This document shows positions 11,098-24,699 of a stretch of 64,000 nucleotides of DNA, piece by piece. The notes under the pieces are model-generated. The model saw only the letters and a program-made list of their open reading frames with translations. It had not been told where the DNA came from and ran no database searches. Position 1 is the stretch's first letter. Each line of letters starts with the position of its first letter. The stretch comes from Eledone cirrhosa (taxonomy: Eukaryota), in the NCBI GenBank assembly GCA_964016885.1, contig OZ024742.1, positions 72,106,001 to 72,170,000 on the forward strand, written 5' to 3'. The translations under genes were made by a program, and so were the position numbers.

Positions 11098-14000
11098 TAT
11101 TTCTTTATTTACCATAAAGGCATAAAAAAGGGACAAATACAAAGGGGGAGTTTACATAAAATCGAGTAAAAAGGGTATAAAATGAAAATAATCGAAAACA
11201 ACCTCAAAAGGGAGGGGACGTGATGGGGGTTACACCCCCCCACCGAAAAAGTGTGCAATCCTTTGCCCGGGGAGCACATGGAGAAGGTGCTCCCCTCTCC
11301 TTCACTTCTTTACCTACAGGAAGGTATACAGAGAAGGCCCATTTACACGAGCCATTCTCGCCACTATCACCCACCTTTCATAAAACTGCCTGTGGCCAAG
11401 CACCTCTCTCTCCATTCTTATCCTTCTTCCGAAGTGATATCGGAAGAAGTAGACCAGACTATGGCCAGAGAGGAAGTTGCCTGACCTCAGACCTTTCAAT
11501 CGTGTCCACCAAACAACCTCTTTCAACATGGCTATTACGCACAGAAAAACCGCCTTTGCTTCCTTTGTGAAGAGGGGAGGCGGCTTGATTGTCATCACGG
11601 ACTCGGCGGTCAATCGAATCGGCGCCACCCGCGACAGCAGTCGTTCGGCGTAGCCCCACAGATCAGCCACGCCCGGACATTGCACTAATGCGTGCGCAAC
11701 GGTTTCTTCGTGACGCACGCATCTAGGGCAAATCTTTTTCGAGGGATCCCTGCCCGAGCGCCCGTGTCTGTAGAGCCTCTCTCGAACGGGTAGAGCCCCC
11801 GGTAGCACTGCCAGGCTAGTGACTTCTGGAAGTTGTCCATTGGTCCCGGGCCGAAAGTCCTACCGAACAGGCTGGCCAGTTCGTCCTCTTCCATGTCCAA
11901 CGACTCTCCAAGGGTGTCATCGCCCCTGCTAGCCACCAGCCCTCTATAGAATGATGAGGTGGATTCTCCACCGATGGCCTGGCCCGCTTGCCAGAGAACC
12001 CTGAGCGCCTGGGCACATTCAGTGTGCCAGTCTCCCAGTTTTCCGGATCTTTGCTTGACCCAGGACTGCAGCTCGGTGAGCGAGACGAGTCTCGGAAAGG
12101 CTCGTTTCACGAACGGAGCCCACACCGGTTGACCAGTGAGGAATACCTGTAGGTGCCGTAGCCTTAATGCGTGCCTACGCATCATCAACCACGGCATCCC
12201 CAGCCCTCCTTTCGAAGGTTGTTGGCAGCAGATGGATCTTCTCACCATAGGAGGGCGCTTCTTCCAAAGAAATTGGAAGAGCATGCGTTCCATGGTGGTG
12301 AGTGTTTCCTTAGGGCAAGGCACGACAGTCAGGCGGTAGTAAGTGACGGACGCTATGTAAATGTTCGCCACCTCCGCCCGACCTTTAAGGGACAGCTTAC
12401 ACTTGGCCCATTTCTGGGTTAGTGCAAACACCTTGTTCGTAACCTCGTCCAAACCAGACCCCAAGAAACTTCACCGGGCCCTCCGTCCAGTGTCCGACGA
12501 CACCGTCGGGAGGCATCGGTCTGCCTCTCCACGTTCCGAGTTGCAGCCCGATGGATTTTTCCCGGTTCAGTTTCGCTCCTGACAACCTTTCGTAATCCTC
12601 CAGTAAGGTACCGATCGCCTCGATCTCCGAGTCGGTCGATACCATTACTGTTACATCATCGGCGTAGGCCGACACCGCTTTGCTCAATCCTGGTTCCAGG
12701 GGGATACCCTGCAACAACTCCAACTTCCTCAGTAAAGGCTCGAGAGTCAATACGTACAGAAGGGAGGAGAGAGGGCACCCCTGTCAAATGGATCGTGTGA
12801 TTTCGAACGGCTTCGAAAGGTAGCCGTTCACCTTGATCCTAGAACAGATGTGGTTGCTATGTAAGGCAGTGATCCAGCCTCTGAAAACAGGACCGAACTC
12901 AGCCGCCGCTAGCACCGCATCCAGGTAACCATGGTCGACCCTATCGAAGGCTAACCAAGTTGATCCAAGTTGATCAGGGCCCCACCGAAGCCGGGTTTGT
13001 TGCCAACCCTCTCTATGATGTATCGCATGAGGTGGAGGTTATCGTGAATGGACCTGGATGGGATAGCACATGTCTGCGCATCTCCCACCAGGCTACCCAC
13101 GACAAGCGCCAACCTCTTTGCTAACACCTTGGCCAAAATCTTTAACTCTGTGTTTAGCAGGGTTATGGGCCGAAAATTATTTATACTATCCCCCTTGTTC
13201 TCGTCCTTCCTCACCAGCGAGACTACGCCCTTGGCTACAGAACAAGGAATTCTCCCTTCTGCTGCCAATTGCAGTAGACCACTTCGAGGAGTTCGGAGAA
13301 GAAGACCGGCATTGCTAAATAAAGTTCGTAAGGTATACCATCGAGACCTGGAGATTTGCGTCTGCTGCATTGGCTCAGCGCATCCCCGATCTCATCAGCC
13401 GAGATTGGTCCCTCGCAGGACTCTGCCTCTTCGCTCGAGAGACGCGGCAGGCCGTCGAGGTATGGACCGAAATCCACGTCCCCGCCCGGACCCTCGCCTC
13501 CCCCGAATAATCGGGCAAAGTGCCTTTGAAAGGCCTCGCACATCTGTTTAGGCTCCCGGATCACCCGTCCATCCTCGTCTTGCAAAGACTGGATGGTGGA
13601 TCGATTTCCACTCTTAGCTTCTGTCACGCGAGCCCAGCCAACGGCTTTGGCCCCCTCATTACCTAGAGCACGTATTTTACTTCGAATGACGCAGCCTTCG
13701 TGCTTTGCATCGAAAAACTAGTTCAAGGCCGTCCTCGATGCCAGCACTCTGGCCACATCTTCGCTCTTTGTTGCCTCTTCTAATTTACATGTTAATTCTT
13801 TCTCGTTTCTATTCCTATTGGCAGCTAATATCTTGCTATAACTTATTGATACTGTTCTAATCTCTCTTTTGAGAGATGCCCACCATCGGTTGTTGACGAT
13901 TGCACCCGTCAACCTCTCCTTAACTAATCTGCTAATACGGTTTCTGTAAGTCTCTTTTGCCGGTAAAGACAAATTAAGTTTCCAGTAACCGGGACCCTGT

Positions 14001-16897
14001 TTATGTGTTTTCTCGAGATTGACTACGCAGGTCACTAATTTGTGATCCGTATAGCCAACCGTGAGCATTTCTGGACAGCTTAATATGTCCCTATCCTTAC
14101 TTCTAACTAAGAATCTATCTAACTACGATCTAGATTGACCACTGTGGTTCGTCCAAGTCCAGGTTGGCACAGTTGGAAAATCTAGTCGATATCTATCGAC
14201 CAAGTTAAAACGGTCGAGTAACCCCTTGAGGCTGTTACACCCCCCTCTATTAGGACATGCTCCTGCATAGTCCCAACGTGCATCTAGGATGTCATTCCAA
14301 TCCCCCGCTAGAAGCAGGGAATGCGACGTTCCCAGAAAAGTCTCCAAACGCTGGAAGAAGTCGGGCCGTTCAGCTCTGAAAGGGGAGCAGACGGCGACCA
14401 GTCTCAAGGCCGCACCTTCACTACTGCCAACGTCTAGCACCAACAAACGACCCTCCGGGTCCGAGTGAACAACCTGTACGGCGAGACCCAGGTGTTTTTC
14501 CAGCAGTACGACAACCCCACCCCCACCTCCAGGTTGACAGAGAGATGCATGCACCTCAAAGTCATCGAAGGTAGGGGCCAGCTGCCGCACGACGCTGATC
14601 CGAGTCTCACAGATAACCATTACATTTATACCACGTGACCTGAGGTCATTTAGAAGCTTTGCTTGCTTCCAAGTTGATCCCAGGCCACGTGCATTCAAAC
14701 AACCTACTCTTAACACATCCATGTGGGCGGCAAAGCCAAAGGAGAGTGTAGAGACCTACCTTTCTGCTTCCCGGGGTTCGGGTCGCACAACTTCCATGGA
14801 GTCAGGGGTTGGGTGAAGGGGTGTCTTGTGGTGGTGTGGGGTCGTCAGTGTGTGGTGGGGTTGGGGTGTTTGGAGTTGTGTTGGGGAGGGGTAGGGGAGG
14901 GGGAAAGCTTTTTAGTAGGACGCGGTTTATGGGTTTGACAGAGGGTGGTCCTACGTCCTCCTTAAAATCCTTTTTTAGTTTTTGGTAGAGGTTCATTGGG
15001 ATCTTTATTAATTTTAAATGTGGGTAGTTTTCTGAAGAAACAAAGTTTACACCTTCGGTTTGTACCGAAGGATTATTGTTTATGAGTTCATTTAATTTAT
15101 TATTGTTTCTGTTGATGTAAGTATAGTGTAATGTCTTTTTTTCGGATGGTGTGAGTGTTTCGAAGAGGGGAGGGGCAGGTTTGGTTTTGTTTGTTGCTGG
15201 AGGGGTGTTTTGTGTTTTGTTGGATTGTGTTGACATTTGGGTAGGGGTTGTTTGGCCTTGTGTGTTTTGCACATGTTTTCTTTTTTTTCTTTTAATCTGT
15301 CTGAAGGACTCCGTTTCTTCCTCCGAATTCGTTGGGTTATCTTCAGTGTTGGAGGGAAGAAGTATGTTTGCTGGTAATGTTTCCGTGTTGGTTTTCTTTG
15401 TGGGGGAGATGGATGTCACTATGTTAGACTGTGTTGTGTGTTGTGGCTGCGGTGGTTGTGTTGTTTTATTGAGTGAGGGGTTGGGTGGGACTGTGTTTTG
15501 TTTTTGGGTAATGTGTTGTGACTGTTTATGTTGTGGTGGTGGTGTAGTTTTACTGAGGACGGGTTGGGTGGGACTGAGTTTTGTTGTTTGTTTATCTGTT
15601 GTGGTGGTGGTGGTGGAGCTGGTGTTGGTAGCAGGGTTTTCTTTTTGTTGAGTTGGGGACAAGCCGCCTTCAGGTGCCCTCTTCCTGCACAGATATGACA
15701 GGACGGCCTTCTCCCCTCCACGCTAATGTTTATATACCCGTGGCCCTCTAATAGGATTCTGTCGGGTATTTGGGCGATGCGTTCGGGCTTCATTTGCACT
15801 ACAAGTTCTATACCTGTTCCACTGAACGCATTGCCTGTGGTTTTCCCAATGGAAATCACGTTGTCATTCGCTGGATCGATGAAGCCAGCTATGAGCCAGC
15901 AGTAGTCCACATCTGGCATCATTGCATCCAGCCATATGCGCTGAGTTCTTTTACCCATATAAGATGGATAAAAGGTAAAATTTGTCGAACGAATCGGCGA
16001 CAAAGCACATTTTTTTGCCGCCGATTTGTTCTTCATAATAATCGCTAGGCTTCCATACAGTCTGTCTCTTCTTATGAAAGTGGTTTCATTAAGTACTTCT
16101 GTAAGTACTGCTTTGATTTCTTTGATTTCTGTGTTGGCTGTTGAGGTTTTTTAGAAATGTTGTTGATGGTGCGGAAAACGACCGTCCGACTTTCAATGTC
16201 TTTGGTGAGTTCTTGAGGCATTTTTACCGATAAAATACCATTTTCCCCTTGAGTTATGTATTGTTAGGCGTTTATAATTCTTTGTGCCACATCTGAAATA
16301 TTTTCAGGTATATATGTCAAAGATTTCTTTGTTGTTTGTGCAAATGAAATATTATTGGTGTTGACTTTGTCGTCTGCTTTGCTTTCTGTTATGATGTTTT
16401 CAAATGTTATTTTTGTGTTTGTTGTGTCTTTGTTTGTGGTATTAATATTGTCATGCAATTTTTCAAATTTTTTTTTGTTGTCGGAATCAATGTCCAGATT
16501 TGTGTTTTCGTCATTTTTCTCCGCACATTCGTCTGTTTTTATTTTATTTTTTCTTTCCTTCTCTATGACGTTAGTTGGGAAGGAGGGGGGGACTAAAGCG
16601 TGCGAGCTTATAACTCTTATCGCTGTCCCCCCACCACTATTTTCGTTAGCTTCGTTTAACATTTCTGTCAGACGATTGAATTTTTTATGCCACAAAATTT
16701 TTAAAAACAGGTTTTTCACCCCTGGGAGGGGCGAAGATGAGCTGACCCACCGCCTGACAGTTCAGATCAGACGGGGGGGGGGGTCAAGCTACACAATAGT
16801 ATCAAAATTAAAATTGAACTTACAAAATTTCCGCAATAAATTGGAACAAAACTTCTGCGCGAAGTGAATTACATCTACGCTGTAGAACAGACGACAG
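11098..16897 (-). mobile_element. Near full-length L1/Tx1-clade LINE; ORF1 (~16719-14760) and ORF2 (14722-11314) both disrupted
   Basis: ORF1 CHICAGRGHLKAAC zinc knuckle; ORF2 APE (LNARGL, ICETR, AGDWN, TDHKLV, GYWKLN), RT (KSPGLDG, RPITLLN, YADD) and C-terminal CPRC...ETVAHALVQC; several frameshifts and stops. Confidence 0.95.
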
Positions 16898-16964
16898 CTA
16901 GATAGACGTGTACCAAACACACACACATTTCTTACTCTCTCTGTCCCTCCCTCATTCTCTCTTC

Positions 16965-17013
<49 letters not shown>

Positions 17014-17072
17014 TATTAAAATTTCCGTTGAAAACAGAAAAGGTCATAGAAGTGAAGAGTGCTCTATGTAAG

Positions 17073-17169
<97 letters not shown>

Positions 17170-17814
17170 GTGTGTGTGTGTGTGTGGAGCGTTGTTATTT
17201 GGCGTTGTTGAAAAGAGCAGTGGCCTTTGACCTGGCAATAAAAAAACTGTAGACAAAACTCTTTCTGTACCCAAACCAAGGCACACTTACACACAAGTTT
17301 GTGTGTGTGTATGTATATATATATGTGTGTGTGTGTGTGTGCGTGCGCGTCTATGTGTGTTTGTGTGTGTCTGTGTATCTATGTATGTATATATATATAT
17401 ATAAGGGATACAAATACTACTTTCTCACTGTCTCCAAGCTTCTCAATTCATTCGTTGCTAAGTATTTTATTTTGCTACGAGGTATTTTATTTTGCAAGGT
17501 ACTATTTTTTCCCTGAGTTTGTGATTTCAGAGAAAGGTAAGAAATTCTTCATATTTTACATCTTTTGTATTTTGACTTTACAGTTTGAATTGTAGAATTC
17601 TTTATCCAATCAAAATATTACAACAGCTAACAGTGAAATATAGAATTTAAAAAAGAGTTTTTCGACTGAAATCAAGTCTTTGAGAACATTCACGTCTATT
17701 TTTCAAAAATATATAATTTGAAATAGTTTGCTTTTGTTTTGGACTAAAACTTATTTTGTATTTAATTCGTACGGGTATTTTTTAAAGATCTTTTTAAAGA
17801 TTCTAACATAACTT

Positions 17815-18495
17815 GATTTGGCCCATTACGTGCACTGCGGCATTCATATTTCTCAACTTATTATAACTAAGTCCGTACAACAAGCTTCACTTATCAAAAC
17901 TGTTCTAGATTACGTGAATGAATTGCGGAAACTATATAGTACATCAGGGAAATTTAAGCAAGCGTATTTATCACATGATGAAGAAAATGAAGTATCGTCA
18001 CCACGCTCCTTAACACCTGTGTGCCCTACTCGATGGCTAACACGACTTTCTGCAGTCAAAGCCCTTCTTGACAATTATTCAGATGTCTCTATTTCTTTAC
18101 AAGAGGCAACAAATGAGGTTGGCACCAACATTGCATCCAGAGCTAATGTTTTCCTTATGTGTCACTCTCCGGGCCAATGTGTTCTTGGATTGCACGTTGT
18201 AGTTCCATTACTTCAATTCCTTGAAGGATTGAAGAAATCTTTTCAAAGTACCACCTTCAATCTAGGTAGCATGTTGCTTCTTTGAACTGTTCGACTCTAT
18301 CATTGAGTTTCTTCGAGGACGCAACACAGAACTGTATAAAAAAAAACTCGATGTGAGGCAAGACTGCGCCTACCTCGCCGACATCTTCGACAAATGCACT
18401 AGCCTCATTATGGCTTTGCAGGAGGAGAAGATCACCTTGTTTAAAGCAAGGAATGCTGTGAAAATATTCCTGACCAAATTGAAAGTCATCGAAAG
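17815..18495 (+). mobile_element. Two hAT transposase remnants
   Basis: HYVHCGIH...VCPTRW (17818-18285) and AYLADIFDK...LQ (18353-18495). Confidence 0.7.
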
Positions 18496-18752
18496 GTATT
18501 CCAAATATGATTTTGTTTACAGTATTCTTCCTGCCTTTGTTAATAATATAGCTTTAAAGAATTAGCTTTTAATGAACTCCCTTTTCTTTAAATCCTTCAA
18601 CCAATGACCTCCACCCATCCCAATCCCCACCCTCTCCTACCACCAGAAAAGAAAAGATATAAATACCACTACTTACTTGGACAGCCAGCTCCCTGATGAT
18701 TTCTCACGAATGAAATAGTTCTAGTCCTGTAGAAGCTCTTCTATATTAAAAA
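18495..18752 (+). mobile_element. PLE pLTR (family A) with HHR at 18687-18737
   Basis: Reverse complement of ~5558-5812; agctcc-CTGATGA...GAAA-tag..ctg-TA-gaagct. Confidence 0.8.
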
Positions 18753-18972
18753 TTATATATATATGTATATAATGTTTAATCATATCACAAACATGGTTAA
18801 ACAACATCGATAACGATAGCTCAATTACTTAAGCTGAGTCTCTTCTGACGCGCCTAATGTTTTAAACAACAATGCATAATTTGATATGGGTAGTCATCAA
18901 CTATTAACAGACTGCTCGTGTGTGTATGTGTGTCTTTATATATATATATATATATGTTTGCATGCACATGTA

Positions 18973-19004
<32 letters not shown>

Positions 19005-19007
<3 letters not shown>

Positions 19008-19615
19008 TGGCTGCCAACTCGTTTTCGAGTACGGCCACTACTTTATATCCATGTAGGAGAACCCCTACTGATGCGCTGAACGAGTGTGACTTTTTAGTCC
19101 AGCCAGCGACTTGAAAGCTCTGGTACAAACACTACACTTGTGACAATTATTGACACATAGTGCTGGGCCCATGGTACCATGTGACGACAAATGCAGAGAG
19201 ATCTCCAGATATAAAGCAATGCCTGTGCCGTGAAGCTTTTATAGTGAGCAAAGGCACTGCACAAAGCCAGTCCCACTCTCTTAACCAAGATGATATTTAC
19301 CAAAAAGAAGAACAAGTCAACATCATTGGATACCATCAGGGTTGCAGGTGTTATATCAGAGTTTTCCTTCTCCTAGAATTCTGCCTTGACAAAGGCTAAG
19401 GGGTCATCTCTCCCGGTGATTTTGGATGGCCATTGACTCTTAAGAGATCCTTTGCCTTTTGACAGGTTTTGTTTTTAGTCCTGCAGGATGTCCAAAGTCA
19501 CCCTCCTCACCAAGAAACCTTGGTGGGGTTGCCAGTTTAGTCGCCAACGACCCGACCATGGGACAGGTTGTACTGGAATACATGTTACCAGTAGCACCAA
19601 CTGGTGACCTGACAT
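19005..19615 (-). mobile_element. Probable 5' UTR fragment of an RTE-clade LINE
   Basis: ctaggagaaggaaaactctga motif recalled from RTE 5' regions; flanked by (TA)n. Confidence 0.45.
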
Positions 19616-19635
19616 AAATATATATATATACACAC

Positions 19636-19679
<44 letters not shown>

Positions 19680-19700
19680 ATGTGTGTGTGTGTGAGTGTG

Positions 19701-19798
<98 letters not shown>

Positions 19799-22700
19799 CC
19801 GAAGGGTCCGTGCATGCAATGCATGCAGTGCATGCGTTATAGAATCTTGAGATGATCAATTGCGTCGGTTGAAGCAAGCAGAATTTTGACTGTTTACTAA
19901 AACGTATAGACACAAAAAAAGATAACACACACACACACACAAACACACGACAGCTTTGGAGCAAGCAGAATTTTGACTGCTTACTAAATCGTAGACACAT
20001 ATAAGATAACACACACACACACACACATACACACAAACACACGACAGCTTTGGAGTAAGCAGAATTTTTGACTGCTTACTAAATCGTAGACACATAAAAA
20101 GTTAACACACACACACACACACATACACACAAACACATACACACAAACACACGACAGTTTTGGGGCAAGCAGAATTTTGACTGCTTACTAAATCGTAGAC
20201 ACATAAAAAGATAACACTCACACACACTAGATAACACTACATGCGGCTTTGACTGGGAGGGTCATTTAGAGGGGCGTGCATGCGTCAACGACACGAGGTC
20301 CAATCGGAAAGTGGTCAAACCGGCCACTTATTTCACCGACGATTCTAGAATATACACGTGTCGCCTTAGCTGGGGAATTTTCCTGATTATATAGGTAAAG
20401 TTTAAATTTTCCTGATTGAATAGGTAAATGTTTCAGTCACTTATTCATTCCAATGCTTTAAATTTTAATTTCAAATATATCAAATTATTTTTTAAAAAGT
20501 TACGCAAAAATTACATTTTCCACATTTTCATTCATCCACATGATGGCAAAGGAGTCAATTAGTTCAGTTTCTTCTTTACTTTCTCGATATTTTGCATCAA
20601 GAAGCTTTGAAGAGAGAAAGAATATTATCATTCTTGGAAGAGAGAAACCTAAGCTTGAAATTAAGACAAAGACGAAAGTGAGCGGCAGGGAATGTTATCG
20701 TTATTTTGATTACAAATATTATGAACAATATGAGTGGATGACGGGATGTCCCATTCTGAACAAATTGTTCTGTTTCCCATGTCTGTTGTTCTGTCACCAT
20801 AGTAATACATGGACAACCACCGGTTACTGCGATTTGAACAATTTGATTACAGCTTTGACAAGACACAAACAATTTCAGAACCACTTGAGTTCTGTAATTG
20901 CTCTGAAAACCTTAGGGCGACATTGAATTGATACAGAGATCGATCACTGGAAAGCAGCTTCGATTCAGTTGCATAATAGAACTGTTGAGAAAAATCGTAA
21001 TGTATTGAAAAGGTTAATTCATTGTGTTGAAATTTTGGCCTGTCAAGAATTATCAATTCGAGGACACGATGAAACAGAAGACTCAAACAATAAGGGTAAT
21101 TTTTTGGCTATATATGAAGCAGTAGCGGAATACGATGATTGTTTAAGATCGCATTTAGATTTCGTGCGGAAAAATGCTAACTGTATATTTTCTGGACTTT
21201 CAAGTGATATTCAAAACGGGATCATTAATTGTATAGCTGCTACAATTAAATGTGAAATTAAAGCAATGATCGTAAAAAACATCCTTTGTTGCTGTTATGT
21301 TTGATGAGACGACGGATTGTCGAATGGAATCTCAATTATCACGCATTTTGCGATTTGTAGATGAGAAAGAACAGCCCCAAGAAAGGTTTTTGGGATACGT
21401 CGATGTTAGTAAAGATATAAAAGCTGCATTGCTGACAGAAGAAATTCGAAAATTCGTTAATGAATTCAATTGTGGTAAAACATTCATTGCACAAACTTAT
21501 GATGGAGCGAGTGTGATGGTTGGGCATTTTAACGGAGTGCAAGCAAGAATAAATGAGATATTTGGTGCAAACGTCATTTCTGTTCATTGTTATGCACATT
21601 CACTTAATTTGGTACTATCTCAATCAGTTTCAAGTATTCGTGAATGTCGAATTTTCTTTCAAATTTTAAAAGGAATTTCATCTTTTTTTCTAAATCAACA
21701 ACTCCAATAGCTCTATTGGATGAAATCGTTGGAAGGCGATTTCCAAAATTACCTGAGACACGTTGGAATCTCGACAGGTATATATTTTATTCAATAAAAT
21801 TACTGTTTTCTGAGCTATTTTCAACAATATTAGAAAATCCAGAGGATTGGAATGCTTCAGGATTTGTTGCAATCCTCGAAGATTTTCAATTTAGATTTCT
21901 GTTAGTAGTTTTTGAAACCATATTGTGTGGGTCAAAAATTCTGTTTTCGATTCTTCAAAAAAGTTCACTTGATATTTCAAGGTGCATTCATGAGGTGGAA
22001 AACTTCCAAAAACAATTAGTTAATATCAAGAACAAGAAGTTTTAGGAATTTTACTGCCGGGTTCTGGATGATGTTGCTGAACCACCAGAGAAACGTGGTC
22101 GATATCAAGAACCACAAGTTGCTTTAAGAACTTTGTTTAACAACATTTTGGATGAAGTTATTGTTCACGTCGAGCAATTGGAGATTTCAAATTTGTTGAA
22201 TTGTTGAATCCGAAGCTTTTTCACGCTTATGAAAGAAAATTTCCGACGGAAGCATTTTCATCTTTGGATATCTATTCAAACATATTTGATTTGGATGGCT
22301 TGAAATGCGAGCTGAAATCAGTTTATGCTGCAGCTTTTGCAAAGCAAGCGTTAAGCATCCAGAAAATCGCAGACATTATACTGGAACTTGAACTAAATGA
22401 AGCTTTGGCAGAAGTAACAAAGACCTTTTGAAGAAGATGAAGGTAGTCGAGGTCCTGATACATTTTATAATAAAGTGATCGATGAATTTGCCAAAAAGAA
22501 TCGAAGAATTGAACTGATTTACAGATGAATTTTAATAAAAGATCCCAATAAGTATGTATACTATTTTAAATATTATTTCAAATTTTTATTATTTACTCAT
22601 ATTTCTGACGTAATCAATATCATGACAGGCTTGCTGTTAGGTTGTTATTAATGGGGAGACATCATGTTTAGTGGAGAGGGGTATCAAGACTGAGGATTAG

Positions 22701-22866
22701 TCTGTTGGTAGACGGGCATTTTCTCATTAAAATTAGCTCACATCACATTTACAAATGGTGGAGGGGAATTTTTTTTTTTGGGGGGGGGGGTAAGACTGCA
22801 CAGCCCCACTTTCCGCCATGGCGATTGGACTGCATACCCTGCTTTCCAGGTTACCCTTCGCCACTG
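19799..22866 (+). mobile_element. Near full-length hAT transposon (ZMYM1/DUF4371-type transposase, pseudogenised 20540-22528)
   Basis: TTF zinc finger (EWMTGC...LFCFPCLLF), LSIRGHDE, DETTD, QTYDGASVM, HCYAHSLNL, ETRW; 3' TIR acccttcgccactg; 5' remnant cgaagggt. Confidence 0.9.
19866..20230 (+). repeat. Four ~90-110 bp subterminal tandem repeats with variable (CA)n spacers
   Basis: Recurring gcaagcagaattttgactgcttactaaatcgtagacacat...taacacac. Confidence 0.9.
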
Positions 22867-22890
22867 ATATATATATATATATATATATAT

Positions 22891-23712
22891 AGGATGCTCT
22901 GAAACTCCCGTACTCCCTTCCCTCCGGGGAAACTCTCGTGGCATCTAACAACATCAGAGACTTGGGAGTAACCGTGGACAGCAACATAAGCTGGGCCACG
23001 CATATAAGCAGCAAAGTTGACATGGCCCGCAGAATGTGTTCCTGGATCCTCAGAACCTTCCAGTCGAGAGATTCCCACACCATTATCCTTCTCTTCTCTA
23101 CTTTTGCCCGACCACACCTTGAATACTGTTGTCCACTGTGGTCTCCCCACACGAAACAAAGTATCATGAAACTTGAAGCTCCTCAAAGGGCAATCACGAA
23201 AAAGATAGATGGCATGTCAGACCTTGACTACTGGGGTCGACTAGAAAAGCTGAAACTTTACTCACTCCAACGTCGCCGTGAGCGTTATATTATCTGCATG
23301 ATGTGGAAAATGTTCCATCATCACTGCCCAAATGATGTTGGCATCGCCTTCAAGATACACCCAAGGCTTGGGCCCCGTGCTATCCGTCCCATTCAAAAAT
23401 CTAAATCGCAACTCATAACAACAATACGGCACAATTATTTCACCTCAATCGGCCCTGCTCTCTTCAACATCACACCAGGACACGTCAAAACAGAAACTGA
23501 CCACACAAAATTCAAGAAGTCTTTGGACAAATTCCTCCAAGTAATCCCGGACAAACCACCCACACCCGAATATGTCTCCGCAAACAGTAATTCTCTTCTC
23601 GAATGGGCCATGGTGCCCAAATCCTGAATTGAAAGACTTCGCCAGGTGGTGCTATTAAGTTAGACATGGCCTGGGCCAATACTGGCCAAAACATTTCAAA
23701 GTTATTCAAAGT
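22891..23712 (+). mobile_element. CR1/L2-group LINE 3' fragment
   Basis: IRDLGVTVD...RPHLEYCCPLWSP...YSLQRRRER; flanked by microsatellites. Confidence 0.9.
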
Positions 23713-23713
23713 T

Positions 23714-23872
23714 ACATACATATATACATACATACATATATACATACATACATATATACATATATATATATACATACATATATATATACATACATATATA
23801 TATACATACATATATATATACATACATATATATATACATACATACACATACATACATACATACATACATACA

Positions 23873-23906
<34 letters not shown>

Positions 23907-24198
23907 CATACATACATATATATATATACATACATACATATATATATATACATACATACATATATACATACATACATACATACATATACATATATATATA
24001 CATACATATATCTATACATACATACACACATATATACATACATACATATATACATACATACGTATATACATACATACATATATACATATATATATACATA
24101 CATATATATATACATACATATATATATACATACATATATATATACATACATATATATATACATACATACATACATACATACATACATACATACATACA

Positions 24199-24233
<35 letters not shown>
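23714..24233. repeat. Complex (TACA)n/(TA)n microsatellite
   Basis: Direct reading. Confidence 0.95.
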
Positions 24234-24236
<3 letters not shown>

Positions 24237-24699
24237 TTCTGTACTAAATTTCGTAGCTGTTGATTAAACAAATATTCTTATATATAATGATTGCTTATTT
24301 TAAGATTCTCTTCTTTTAAAATTTTCAAATGTTAATACATCCGGTTATGACATAACGCACGCTATATTATATCCCTTATATAAACGTTCATATTTTGCAT
24401 CATAACGTTTATATTTCTGTCGCTAAATTTCTCCTTTTTCGTTTACATTACATTTCACCGTAATGCAGATTATATATAATATCGTCTTTTTTAAATGTAT
24501 CATGGATTACTTTACTGATTACAGAAGAGAGTGTAACACAGCCTCTCTTCAATTTCTGTGCATATTGTCAATTACGATTTTATTTGATGTATCATATCTA
24601 CATGCATGTATATTTGCATATAATATCAACATGCACACTACACATGCTAGCAGAAAAACCACCTAGTTTAAATAATATTTCTTCGAATCGCTTTACTCT

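Noticed and set aside
19866-20230. CRISPR-like repeat-spacer look
   Set aside because: Eukaryotic context; spacers are (CA)n rather than unique; no cas genes.
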